NCBI GenBank assembly: GCA_039621445.1
Contig: CP154954.1
Span: 14,054,387-14,118,386 of the forward strand
Direction: 5' to 3'
DNA length: 64,000 nucleotides
Source of the DNA: Euglena gracilis
Taxonomy: Eukaryota
Shown: positions 11,843 to 29,714 of the stretch, in pieces
How the letters are laid out: every line of letters begins with the position of its first letter
How positions within the stretch are numbered: the stretch's first letter is position 1
The notes under the pieces: model-generated
Seen by the model: only the letters and a program-made list of their open reading frames with translations
Databases searched by the model: none
What the model was told of the DNA's origin: nothing
Program-made: the position numbers and the translations under genes

Positions 11843-14800
11843 ATGGCGGAGCCGCGGCTCGGCCCGGAGCGGCTGCAGGCGGTGCTCGGCACCGTCCCCG
11901 GGTTCCAGGTCCCCCCTGTCCCGTCCCCGTATCTGGAATCCTGTCCCGGCACATTCGACCCAAAATCCACCGGGAAAATAGGTCAGCTGCGAGTTCCAAG
12001 ATCTCGGCGAAGACAGGTCGTCACAGGAGGAAAAACTGATTTCTGTTACCAGAAACTTCACCGCAGTTGGAAAATAAAACACTTTTTGTCTTCTGTTTTG
12101 ATCTTTGCATTCTCAACGTTCTCAGCACCACAGATTCATTGCCTCATGCTAGTTTTGACCGCCCACCACTCAACACACCCGGCAGTCACAGGTGGAACCA
12201 TTTCATTTCCTCACCCTTTTTGTTCTGCCTCCGTGCCGCAATTTTCAGCCCTGTCCCATGTTGCCCGCCGTCAACCAGTCACCCTTCCCAGGAGCTCCTA
12301 TTGAAGTCCTGGGACGAAACCCGTCTGTTCTCGGAGAGGCCGGAGGAGGCGGCCATGCACCAATCACCTGGAGCCCAGCCAAATTGAGTGGTCCTGATAA
12401 CAGTCTCCCAAATGCCTGACCTCCTCCTGGAAACCACCATGTTTGGCATTTTCCCTGTCATCCGAATCTAGATTGTAATTGTTTTGTTGGGCAGTCCCAA
12501 GCTCACCCAGTTTGGGGAGCCTCTTTTCGTCGGAACAAAATTGATGAGGAAAGTTTCCTAGTGGGCTGGGCAAACCCTTTTGTGGCTTCTGATGGTGGTG
12601 TCGCTGGACACCGGTACGCCAGCTTTTGGAATTTGCTTGAGTGATAGGAAACGAGAATGATACCTGGAAGAAACAGCACCCAAACCATCTTGGTATTATA
12701 TTTCCTGTCGTGATGCACCTCGGACTCTTCCTATGCTTCTTGTAGGAGCCCTATCAGAGCCGAAACAATGCAAGGAATAGGGCAAATGGAAAGCAGTTTT
12801 CCGCTTCCATAGGCATACCTAACGGTTTTAACGATCACGCCTGTTGGTTGCTGCTGGAATTTTTCATGCCATGGTGGGTTTTGGTGTTGCAGTCGGTTCG
12901 ATTGTCTCCCCTAACCGCAGCTTTTGGTTTTAGGGTTCCGTGTTGTGTTATTACATGGAAGTGCCATTGCTCGTTTGTTCTATTTATTATTTTATTATTT
13001 TTATTATTTTTTATTTTATTATTTTATTTTACTTATTTTTATTTTTATTATATTTTTTTCTGTCGCCGTCGCAGTGATGCTGTGGGGGTTTATTGGTGCG
13101 TGCTTTCGGCCCACCTTGAGGAGGAGGAGTTGCAGATGGGGGGTCCTGTGACCCTCGTGGTGCGTGGCCCATACGTCCGCGGGAGTGGGCAGGACCCATT
13201 CCCTATCTGGTCCATCTGGTCACTGGTGCATGAAGTTTTCATTTTGAAATTTAAACTGTTTGCTGTGATAAGGTGTGCCTCTGGGGGAGTTCATTTGTGG
13301 TAGCGGTGGAATCTGATTTTACACATAAGTAATGTCGCAACCATTTTTGTGTGCTTTATTTGTAATGTGGTCCTGGTTGCAGAGGTTGGCAAGATGGTGC
13401 AGATGACGAGCCGGAGACTGAAGGTATATTTTTAATTTCTGTGTAAACCCCCCAAATATTAAGCCCTGGCTTTGTATTTGGACGGGATTTCAAGGCCCTC
13501 AGGGGGGCTTTATATTTGGGGGGTGGCTTTAATTCTGGGGGAGGCAAGAAAACCAATTTTTTTTGGCTGGCCTCTATCAGCTTTCGTGGCCTTCAACTGC
13601 AGTCATACACCTATTTTGTACCAAATTTTTGTTGTCTGCCTCTTATTTTCCCCAAAACATGCAAATATTGTCCAAAACGGAGGATTTCACCCTAAGATTT
13701 TCTGCTTTTTTTTCTGAGTGGCACCATCGGTGGGCTTTATTTGGGGGGGGGTGCTTTATATTTGTGTGGCAAAACCAAACCCCCTAGGGGGGGGGGGGTG
13801 CTTTATATTTGGGCTTTGAATTTTGGGGTGTTTTACTTGCAAATGTGCCTGCAATCATGCGCCAATGCGTTGAGTTCCACCCACAGCAACATGTTTGCTG
13901 CAAATCCATCCGTTGCCTCCACATCACCTGCAGATGCGGACAAAGACTTGGAGGCACTCTCCTCCCTTCTGCTAGACCAAGTCGACCTCGAGGTCCGCCG
14001 CAGTTCCCCTGTGCGTTTAGCGGTTTTATTCATTTTTTCGATCCATTCCTTCAGCAAATGCTCATACTTTCTCTTTTGCACAAGTTTCATATGTGTCTCA
14101 GGCGGTACAAATCGTCGCCATGGTCCTGGAAGACGTCGCCATCGACACGGAAATCGCGCAGTGGGTCGTGGACATCGCTTCGGCCGGGTACATCAGGTCT
14201 TGTCGATGTGGAATTGTGAAGTTAGCTGCTGCGGAGTTCACACATGAATGGGGTCCTGTGTCCATTCTGGAACACAAGGGTTTATAATGAAGAAGTCGCA
14301 TTTTGACTCCCATTGCCAGTTTCCATTACCGATCGCAAATTTGAGGCAAATTCCCCTTTTTTCCAATGCCTGGATGCCAGATCCATTGCCTTTTTGCTGA
14401 CTTCATGAAATGTCTGCTTTTTTTTCTTTGACCGAAGTTTCCTCAAGTGAAAGGATGCTGCACGAAGATGTTTCCTGCGGACCAATTTCCTGACTGGAAA
14501 CACAGCCGTCGATCTCCGTGTCCAGGCGTAGCCGCTTCTCAGAGTGTGCCCCATTCTTGGGGGGGGTACGAGAGAGTGGGATCGAGAGAGGAGGGGGAGG
14601 AGTTGATTTGATGCTTCAAGCCCCCAGCAACCGGACTCGTCCCCTGCGTTGTAGGCTGCTCTGCCTCGTGCGGTGCCAGCTGGACATCCCCACGCTGCTC
14701 TCCTGGGGCCCGACCTCGGTCCATTTTTCCCCGCCAGCAATTTCTGATCTCGGTGTCCCGACAATAACCAAACACGCAACTTGGGCACATATGCATGTGC

Positions 14801-17800
14801 TGCATACACAAAATTGGGTGGATATTGCAATTTTTCACGAGAAAATTTGGTGACAAATTGCATATTACATCAAGTTAAAGTGGGAGGCACACAAAATAAA
14901 AATATTTGGCATACATTTGGTAAAACCCCAAACTTCAAAGTCCTGAAAGTGAGCCCCCCCACAAATAAAAACCACCAGTGGTTTGGTTTTCAAAAAGCCG
15001 TCCCTTGTACTGCAAAGACCCCAGGGTCCATTTGGGGAGGAGCAGAAACAATTTTGGTGGATATTGCGTTTTTTTTTTCACACAAAATGACCCTTTGGCA
15101 AAAATCGCGAATTTTGGGGGAAGCAGGTCAGGGAGATTTTGGTAAATAAAAAATAATAAAAAATTTGTAAATAAAAAATGAAGTTTTTGTGAATAAAAAT
15201 AATGATAATTTTGTTAAAAAGATTCGGTAAATGTAAAAACTGGTATTCAACTGCATTTCGAAGGCGGTCTACCCCCCCCTCCGCCCCTGAGGGCGTTGAA
15301 ATCCCACCAATTAAGTCCGGGGGGGGGGGGCGCTTTATGTTTTGGGTTATTGCAAACAGGGGGGCGCCCTTTCCGGGAGGGCCGGGGTCGGCCGCCGCCC
15401 TGTTCCAGACCAGCACCGTGGAGTGCCTGGCGGTGAAGAACTGCAACTGGGCCGACGCCCACCTCGAGGCCTTGGGGGAGGCGGGCCGCCGCGACGAGCA
15501 CCTCCTCACCCATCTGCGGTGTGTTGTAGTGTGTGTCTCAATATGTTGTAGTGTGTGTGTGTATGTGTGTGTATGTGTGTATGTGTGTGTATGTGTGTAT
15601 GTGTGTGTATGTGTGTATTTGTGTGTATGTGTGTGTATGTGTGTATGTGTGTATGTGTGTATGTGTGTATGTTTGTGTGTGTATGTGTGTGTATGTGTGT
15701 ATGTGTGTATGTGTGTGTGTGTGTGTATGTGTGTGTATGTGTGTATGTGTGTGCATGTGTGTGTATGTGTGTGTATGTGTGTATGTGTGTGTATGTGTGT
15801 ATGTGTGTATGTTTGTGTGTGTGTATGTGTGTGTATGTTTGTGTGTGTATGTGTGTATGTGTGTGTATGTGTGTATGTGTGTGTATGTATGTGTGTGTAT
15901 GTGTGTATGTGTGTGTATGTGTGTGTATGTGTGTGTATGTGTGTATGTGTGTGTATGTGTGTATGTGTGTATGTTTGTGTGTGTGTTTGTGTGTGTGTGT
16001 GTGTATGTGTGTATGTGTGTATGTGTGTATGTGTGCACGTGTGTGTATGTGTGTGTGTATGTGTGTGTGTGTGTGTGTTTGTGCACGCGCGTGTGTGCAT
16101 GGGTGGGTGTTGCATTTTGTGTGTCTTGGTGTGTGGGTGTGCTGTCATTTGTGTGTGGGGGGGGGGATGGGTTTGGCCGGCAGGTCTCGAATTTCTGCCA
16201 CCACAGGTGCCTCCACCTCACCGGTACCTTCAGCCGGCCGGTGATGGACGCGTTTGTGCAGGGGCTGGACTGCCTGGACCCCCGCCTGTGCCGCTCCTTT
16301 TGTACCCCCAAAGGGTGAGCCAGAATTGCTTTTGCCTTTCTGGCGTCTCTCCTTGCCTGTCTGCCGCCTTTGGGAATCGCACGGCCCGGGCCAGTTGGAG
16401 GAGGTGCGTCGCGGGAGTGCGGCCGAACTGAGGCCGGCCAGTCTGAACCCTAACCCTTGCGCCGTTCACTAACCCCAGGGTATACCGTATCGTAAATATC
16501 GCAAGTGTTTGCTAATACTCCGGGGGGAGTAATAAAGCACACCCTTGGTGTGGCATTTTTTTTATTTTCCATATTATCTGTTTATACAGACACACACATA
16601 TATACATACATGGCAGCCTCCAATTAAAGGGCCCCCCCAGAGGGGGCCCTTTAGTTGGATCGGGGGGCGGCAATTTTTTTTTCTGTTTATGATGGAGTAG
16701 GGTTATAGGGTTAAAGAAAACATATATATATATATATATGTTTTCTTTATATATATATATATATTATGTATATATATAAAGAAAAACATATATATATATA
16801 TATATGTTTTCTATATATATATATATATGCGTGTGTGTATATATATGTATATATATGAATGTATATATATGTATATATATCATGTTGTTGTTTATGTATA
16901 TATATGTATATATGTATATATATCATGTTGTTGTTGTTGCTATATCATTGGAATATTTCCGTTTTTGCATACTACCCGCGCCCCCCCCCCCCTGTGCAAT
17001 TGACGCCCCTGGGCAATTGTCACCCCTGGCTGTGCCGGCCAGTTTGTCACCCCGGGAAATTGGCACCCCCTTCCGTTCTGCCCAATTTGTCACCCCCCGC
17101 ATTTGCAGTATTGCATTGTGAACTCTCTTTTCACTGACAACTCGATTGATCTTCTATTTCGCTACAACTTGCTGAGAATTTTCACATACCAAACGCTCTG
17201 TACAATACCACGACCATTTTTCCTGTGTTCATTTGTGTTTCCGTTGGTTTTCTTGGTCATTTGGATTAAATGTGATTTACATGGGTGGGCAATTCACGCC
17301 CCCGGGCAATTGACGCCCCCGAGCAATTGTCACCCCCCCCCTCTGTGCTGGCCAAATTGTCACCCCGGGAAATTGTCACCCCCCTCCGTGCTGCCCAATT
17401 TGTCACGCGACAATTGCCCGGGGGGTAAATATTTTATATTGTTGTCCTTTTCTCACACATGCCATATTTCAAAATTATATAGAAATATACATCTTGTTAA
17501 GCATTTCAACTTCATTATGTGTTATTAATATGCCTGTGCAAAGGTGCTTTCCGGAGGTGTTTCTGCTTTATTTGAGAATTTTTATCTGCCTGTGACATTA
17601 TTCCCAACAAGCCAACAAGGGAGGAGGGAGGTTTGCTTTTGAGGGGTGTCAGCCGGGGATGGTCGAATCGGGTATGCCCCCGTTGTCCTTGGAATTCCTG
17701 AAGAATGAAACGCACAGGGCGAAATTTCGAAGTTGGCCCATGAGCCTCGACAGGCTAAACCCTGGGGGGAAGGTTGGTCTCGGAATTCCCTGGGATGCCT

Positions 17801-19972
17801 GCCCGGGTAAGCACGGGGGGAGGGGTTACACGGGGGGGGGGGTGACATGGGGGGTGACACGGGGGATGTGACACGGGGACACAGGGGGGTGACACGGGGG
17901 AGGGTACACAGGGGGGTGACATGTACACGGGGGATGTACAGGGACATGACACATGGGGGGTGACACGACATGGGGGTGACAACATGTTGACACGGGGGGT
18001 GACATTTCAACTGGTGACAACATGGGGGTGATACGGGGGGGACATGGGGGGACACGGGGGGGGGACACGGGGGTGACACGGGGGGGGTGACACGGGGAGG
18101 GGTGACATTGGGATGACACGGGAAAGGGGGGGTGACACGGGGGGTGTGACAAGGGGGTTACACGGGGGGGGGGTGACACGGGGGGGGGGTGACACGGGGG
18201 GGTTACACGAGGGAGGGGGGTGACATGGGGGTTACAGGGGGGAGGGGGGTGACACGGGGGGGTGACACGGGGGGGCATGGGGGGTGACACGGGGGGGGAC
18301 ACGGGGGGTGACACGGGGGGTGACACGGGGGGGGACACGGGGGGGGGACAGTGGGACGACACGGGAAAGGGGGGGTGACACGGGGGGTGACACGGGGGTT
18401 ACACGGGGGAGGGGGGTGACACGGGGGGTTCCACGAGGGCGGGGGGTGACACGGGGGTTACACGGGGGAGGGGGGTGACACGGGGGGGTGACACGGGGGT
18501 TACACGAGGGAGGGGGGTGACATGGGTTACACGGGGGAGGGGGGGTGACACGGGGGGGGCCGGGGGGGGGGGACGGGGGGGGGGGACACGGGGGTGACAC
18601 GGGGGGTGACACGGGGGGGTGACATTGGGACGACACGGGAAAGGGGGGGTGAAACGGGGGTTACAAGGGGGAGGGGGGTGACACGGGGGGTTAAACGAGG
18701 GAGAGGGGTGACACGGGGGTTACACGGGGGAGGGGGGGTGACACGGGGGGGGATGACACGGGGGTTACACGAGGGAGGGGGGTGACATGGGGGTTACACG
18801 GGGGAGGGGGGGTGACAGGGGGGGCATGGGGGGTGACACGGGGGGGGGACACGGGGGTGACACGGGGGGTGACACGGGGGGGTGTCATTGGGATGACACG
18901 GGAAAGGGGGGGTGACACGGGGGGGGTGACACGGGGGTTACACGGGGGAGGGGGGTGACACGGGGGGGGGTGACACGGGGGGTTACACGAGGGAGGGGGG
19001 TGACATGGGGGTTACACGGGGGAGGGGGGGTGACACGGGGGGTGACACGGGGGGGGCATGGGGGGTGACACGGGGGGGTGACACGGGGGGGATGACACGG
19101 GGGGTGACATTGGGATGACACGGGAAAGGGGGGGTGACATGGGGGGGCATAGGGGGTGACACAGGGGGGTTGACACGGGGGGGTGACACGGGGGGGGTGA
19201 CATTGGGATGACACGGGGGAGGGGGGTGACACGGGTGAGGGGGGGTGACACGGGGGGGGATGACACGGGGACACGGGGGGGGGTGACATGGGGGTGACAC
19301 GGGGGAGGGGGGGGTGACACGGGCAGGGGATTTCTTAAGCCGGAGGGTACCCTACCCCCCCAGGGGGGGTCCAGCCAGCCAGCCAGCCAGCTCAAATCCA
19401 GCCAGCAGCCCAAATTCGGGCTGGCAGCGCCCCCCCGGGGCTTGAGTGAAATAAAGTCGGGTCCAGCCCGGCCGGAGGCCGGGCCAGCTGGCCGCAGGCT
19501 GGCCAGCCAACTGGGCTACCCAGGTCACCTATCCCTGCATTTCTCCCCCTCACCACAGCTTCCTCCATCACAGGCCACCAGCCTTGCTCTAGCTCCATCC
19601 ACCAAAACGTTTTTTTTTTTCGCCGACCCAGCCCAGCCCAGCCCCCTCCAGCCCCAGACCCCCCTCCCCCCCTATCCCCCCGGGTGGGTCCAGCCAGCCA
19701 GCCAGCTCAAATCAAGCCAGCAGCCTTTTTGCCAGCCGGAGGCTGGACCCCCCCCCCCGGGGGGTCCTTAAGAAATCCCCTGGACACGGGGAGTGACACG
19801 GGGGGACATTGGGGTGACACGGGGGGTCTTCGAGATTGAAGTGGGGCCAAATGAAAAGTGGAGAGCAGCGGCACGCATTCTCCAGCTGGAGGCGCTGTAC
19901 GTGCCGGCCAAGTTCGCGGAGGCGGTGCGCGGCAGCGCTTTGGCGGAACGCCGGCCGGCGCTGCGGGTCAAC
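11843..19972 (+). CDS. Multi-exon gene of unknown function, N-terminal part (LRR-like stretches). Probable exons 11843-11908, 12292-~12354, ~13104-13186, 13381-13423, 13934-13992, 14102-14187, 14655-14706, 15397-15518, 16207-~16300, ~19832-19972
   Basis: GC-rich coding islands are joined in frame by GT-AG introns (13424-13933, 13993-14101, 14188-14654, 15519-16206) and paired-end introns (13187-13380 CAG/CTG; 14707-15396 CCG/CGG). Example translation: [66 protein letters not shown]. Some boundaries are unresolved. Confidence 0.7.
13443..13837. mobile_element. MITE with GTAAACCCC-type inverted termini and repeated CTTTATATTTGGG motifs
   Basis: gtaaaccccccaaatattaagccc ... ggggtgttttac; similar architecture at 49391-49895. 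Confidence 0.55.
15519..16110. repeat. (GTGTGTAT)n compound microsatellite, intronic
   Basis: Directly visible. Confidence 0.97.
16721..16925. repeat. (TA)n-rich microsatellite
   Basis: Directly visible. Confidence 0.9.
16971..17431. mobile_element. MITE-like element with internal AATTGTCACCCC repeats
   Basis: Two blocks of repeated caattgtcacccc motifs, bounded by tactaccc... and ...cccggggggtaaata. Confidence 0.45.
17815..19826. repeat. G-rich minisatellite (GGGGG[G]nTGACAC), interrupted by a MITE at 19324-19782
   Basis: About 1.5 kb of degenerate gtgacacggggg units. Confidence 0.95.
19324..19782. mobile_element. hAT-like MITE
   Basis: TIR CAGGGGATTTCTTAAG / CTTAAGAAATCCCCTG; perfect 8-bp TSD gacacggg. 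Confidence 0.9.
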
Positions 19973-21717
19973 GGCCAGCAGGACCGAACCTCCAAGCCCG
20001 GCGCAACCCCACAGGGGAGGGGCTGAGCGTTGTTGACCTCTGCACCCATGTTGCTGTAGCTGGCTGGCCGGTGTGGCCACCGTCCCCCCCCTTCGATGTG
20101 TCAAGTGTATGCTGCCATCCACATGGTCCACATCCCTCCCAGCAGGTACCACAGGCACCCACCAAACGGGCTTATGTCTGACCAGTTCTCCAATTGAACC
20201 CCATTTATTACCCATGATTTGTTTGCCAACCATGAAATCATTCCCACGGATCATGCGCATCATTCATTCTGGGAATGTGCGCCGCAGGCGGACGTTTGCC
20301 ATCGCATCACTGCCAGAGAATTTGTCATTTTGATATGAATTTTTATGGTTTTTGTTTTTTCGCAAGATGGTACAGTGTGCAGATAGAGATATTTCCATGT
20401 CCATTTCTTTGCATATGGCTCTCGCATGCTGGATGTGCAATCAACTGGCGAAATGAATAGATGCAATCAACAAAATCATTTGTGCATATTGTGCCTGCAA
20501 ACTGGGATTTATTTATGCCAGATTTGTGTTTATTGCATTTGGTGTGAGCGTTGTGTGTCCGGGGTTACCATCGTATGTGCTTGCAAACCAACTTTCAACC
20601 AGGAAAACCAGGAAAAAATTTTCAACCAGGAAAAATATTATTCGTCAAACACTCTGTGTATTTGCGGCAGTGGGTATTTACAATGTGACATCGTTGTGTT
20701 TTGTGAAAGCTGTATGTTCTGCTGGTTTGAGTGAGAACCAAGCCTCAACTCCTGTTGTTTTTTCCCCCCGCCAGACAAAAGTGGGAATTCCAATTGAGAG
20801 AAGGCTTAAGGAATTAGGTAATTAAGTAAAGGCGATTATGCAGTTCTTCATAAATTGAAAGCAGCACCACCAGAATGGCTGAGGGCACATTTGTTCTTTG
20901 TTTCCACTTTTTCCTCGCTTTTTTTCATTTCATTTCATTTCATTTTCCCCCATATCAATTATTTCTTTTGTTGTCCGGAGTTTCATTGGGGCTGTGATCT
21001 GTTCTTTTCTGAGTTTCGCGATGACCTTTTGTATCATTTTATTTTGCTTTGATGTTTTCATTATTGCCAGAACCCAGCATCGCCCCCAGTGTTGGCTGCG
21101 AATGTGGTAGTATAAATCTATAATCTATAAATTTATTAATCTATAAATCCCATCCAATGTTGATATCATGAGTTTCTCATGATTGTTTGGCTGCCATTGT
21201 GCCCCTTCGGTGGTGCAAGCACTGGGTTCATCGTTGGATGATTTCAATTTCGTCAAGGAATCTTTCGATTCTTTCTACCCATTTCAATAATATGTCTGCC
21301 TCTTTTCGTCACCTTTCGAAATTCGGCACTCTATTTTCCTGCCTTTTATTTCTTGTAATTCATTGTGTGCAACGTGGTATTTGAAGGCAGCTCCTGAAAA
21401 AGCATGGTCTCTCTCAATCAGCTCTCTTCAAATGATGCCTCATTGAACCTTCCGATCCCCCAGAACCTCAATGACGCAGCAATGTGTCTTTTGTGGACAC
21501 CTCTTTAGCTTCTTCTTTTCAGTTTAACAATTTACAGTCTCCTCCTTTGTCGGTATTGCATTAACCATATGTGTTGCCCATGATCAATCAGCCAGCTTCA
21601 ACTATCACTGATGGGTTCCACAGAAAGGTATGCTGTTGTTGAGGTTTGGATACCGTGCCGGGTGGACATTCTGCCAACTGCCCAACTCTGTCGCGGTTCC
21701 CGGAGGTGGGTTGAGTT

Positions 21718-22173
21718 CAGGGGTTTTCGGAGGGCCGGAGGGTACCCTACGCCCCGGGGGGGGGGGTCCAGCTACCAGCAGCCCAAATTCGGGCTGGGAG
21801 CCCCCCCCCCCGGGTATCAAGTGAAATAAAGTTGGGTCCAGCCCGGCCGAAGGCCGGGCCAGCCGGCCGCAGGCCGGCCAGCCAATTGGGCTACCCAGCT
21901 CACCTATCCCTTCATTTTTCCCCTCATCACAGCTTCCTCCATCACAGCCCCCCGGCCTTGACCTAGCTACATCCATCAAAATGTCGAAAATGCAAAAATG
22001 TTTTAGAAAATTTTGTTTTTTGTCGACCCAGCCCCCTCCAGCCCCTGACCCCCCCCCCCTCCCCCCTGGTTGGACCCTGGGGGGGGTCCAACCAGCAGCT
22101 CATTTCCAGCCAGCAGCCTTTTTGCCAGCCGGAGGCTGGCCCCCCGGGGGGGGGGTCCTTAAGAAAACCCCTG
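21718..22173. mobile_element. hAT-like MITE, same family as 19324-19782
   Basis: CAGGGGTTTTC / GAAAACCCCTG; TSD gttgagtt / gttgaggt. The internal sequence aligns by eye with the 19.3-kb copy. Confidence 0.88.
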
Positions 22174-22327
22174 GTTGAGGTGGTCGGGTTGAGGTGGTCG
22201 GGTATTGGCCGTCCGGGTGGACGCGCCCCCTGTCCCCCTCCACCTGGTCGCTGGCCTGTGCCATTTGCCACCGTCCGCCATCGTCCGTCGCCCCAGGTTC
22301 CACTTCCCCTCCTCTTCCCCCGCGGCC

Positions 22328-27965
<5,638 letters not shown>

Positions 27966-28152
27966 TAATCCAGCGCAGGCAGTTGCACGGCCCGCGGTGC
28001 ACTGTGTTCTTTTGGTGACGTGGGGATAAACGGCAGGGCCAGGCGTGGGCGGCAGTGTGGGTTCTGCACAATCTGCACCCTCTGGAACCACAACTGTGCA
28101 AACGCCGAGAATGGTTTTTTTTTTATGCACGCATCCTTGAGTGTCTTGGGGT

Positions 28153-28469
28153 CAGGGTTTTTTTTAAATCTTGGACCCCCAAGATGAAAAATTACTCTTG
28201 GACCCCCAAGGGGGAGGGGGGGTTTAGGGTGGGTCTGGCTGAGCCCCCCCCCCCTCCCGGCGGGGTCCCCAGGGGGGGGGGGATATACTTTTCAGCGCCA
28301 AAAGCGCCGAAAATTTTTGAAAAGGTGCTATTTTAGCATTTTTTTTCGATTTTTTCTGTCCATTTTCGGGTGAAAGTGAGAGGGTCCCCCGGGACCCCCC
28401 CGGGCCCCCCAGGCCCCCCCCCCCCTCAGGGGGTGGGTGGGCCCCCCCCGGTCTTAAAAAGAAACCCTG
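28153..28469. mobile_element. hAT-like MITE
   Basis: CAGGGTTT / AAACCCTG; TSD cttggggt / cttggggg; related to 51264-51541. Confidence 0.85.
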
Positions 28470-29714
28470 CTTGGGGGTTCATTGGTCGTTGCTGGCCCAG
28501 TCCTTTCCGATCCATTTTATTCCTCCATTCCCACCCCTGGACTTTTTTTTTTTGAGCTGAAGAGGACCCGGGATCGCACCCGCCGGCTGACTGCCCAATC
28601 TTATGGACCGTAAGGAAATTTGTCCCCAAGCCCTGGGGGTCCAGCCAACCAACAGCCTTTCCCCAGCCCCGACCCCCCCCCCCCATCGGCGAGTTTTACT
28701 TATTTTGCAGCCACCCCCATGTGAGAGGAGGATGGGTCAGCCAGCCGCCTTTTCCCAATGCCCCAAATTTTCCCCTTGCCCCAATTTTCTGACCTCTGTG
28801 CTGAATCCGGTGTTTCGTAGGGTCTGATTACTTGATGCCCCTCTGATTTTTGCTTGAGTGGCAACCCAGCAACCACCATTTTGGGCTATTTGGATAGATT
28901 TTGGGGTGATTTTGGAGGTATTTCCAACCTGGCCGCCAGCAGAGAGCCCCCTCCCCCTCCCCTGCCCCTCGTCTCACCCCACCCCAGCACCGGCATTTGT
29001 TATCCAACCAGCTGGCTGGAACCTCCGGGGGCAGGGCTGTCATATGGAATTGAAACCTTGTGGGTGGTCGGTGGGTGGTTCCCCGCCCCTAACCAGGCCT
29101 TCCCATACTTTCCATACTTCCAGGGGGCCCCAATTTTCAGGTCAAAAGAATTTCTGAGTGGTGCCATGGTGGGAAGAAAGGTTGACCCCCTTACAGCCCT
29201 GCCATTGGAGTTTTGTTTTGAACTCTGCAGAAAAATGGCCCCAAAAAATGGCCAAAAAATGGGCAAAAAAGGTCAGAAAGGGGCTGCTGCCCAATGGTTT
29301 AGGGGGGCCCAGGGGCGGCCTTCAGCGTCGCGGTCCCCGCCCCCGGACTCCCCTAACTCTTGGCCTAGACACAGTTCTTGACACAAAGGGTATTATGTAC
29401 TGTTTCTGTGCTGTTTCTGTATTGTTTTCAGCACTGTTTCTGCACTGTTTTCAGCTCATCCAGCCCCCCTCCCCAAAAGAAACATAAAAACCCTCGTCTC
29501 CCCCTCCGCACGCAGCGGATATTCTTTTCGGCCGAGGGCCCCCCGGAAATCCCCCCGGGGAGGTCCAGACATATATTTTTTTTTCTGGTGGACGGCAAAC
29601 TGGACAGCCATTGGACCCCCCAGGGGCATGTGTGCAGTTTCAATTTTTTTGGTTTGCCCCCGGTTCGGGACCAGTGCCCCCCCCCCCAACACCCCCCAAC
29701 CCCCGCCGCCCGTG

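Noticed and set aside
13711-13721. tttctgagtg resembling the Euglena spliced leader (also at ~29151)
   Set aside because: The match is only ~10 nt, with no continuation into the rest of the leader.
15078-16431. Long HT/VC-repeat ORFs (also at 8.3-9.2, 24.4-24.9, 26.6-27.4 and 31.2-31.7 kb)
   Set aside because: These are translations of microsatellites and low-complexity tracts; only the small embedded exons are credible.
17582-19413. Pro-rich extensin-like ORFs
   Set aside because: They are the reverse translation of the G-rich minisatellite.
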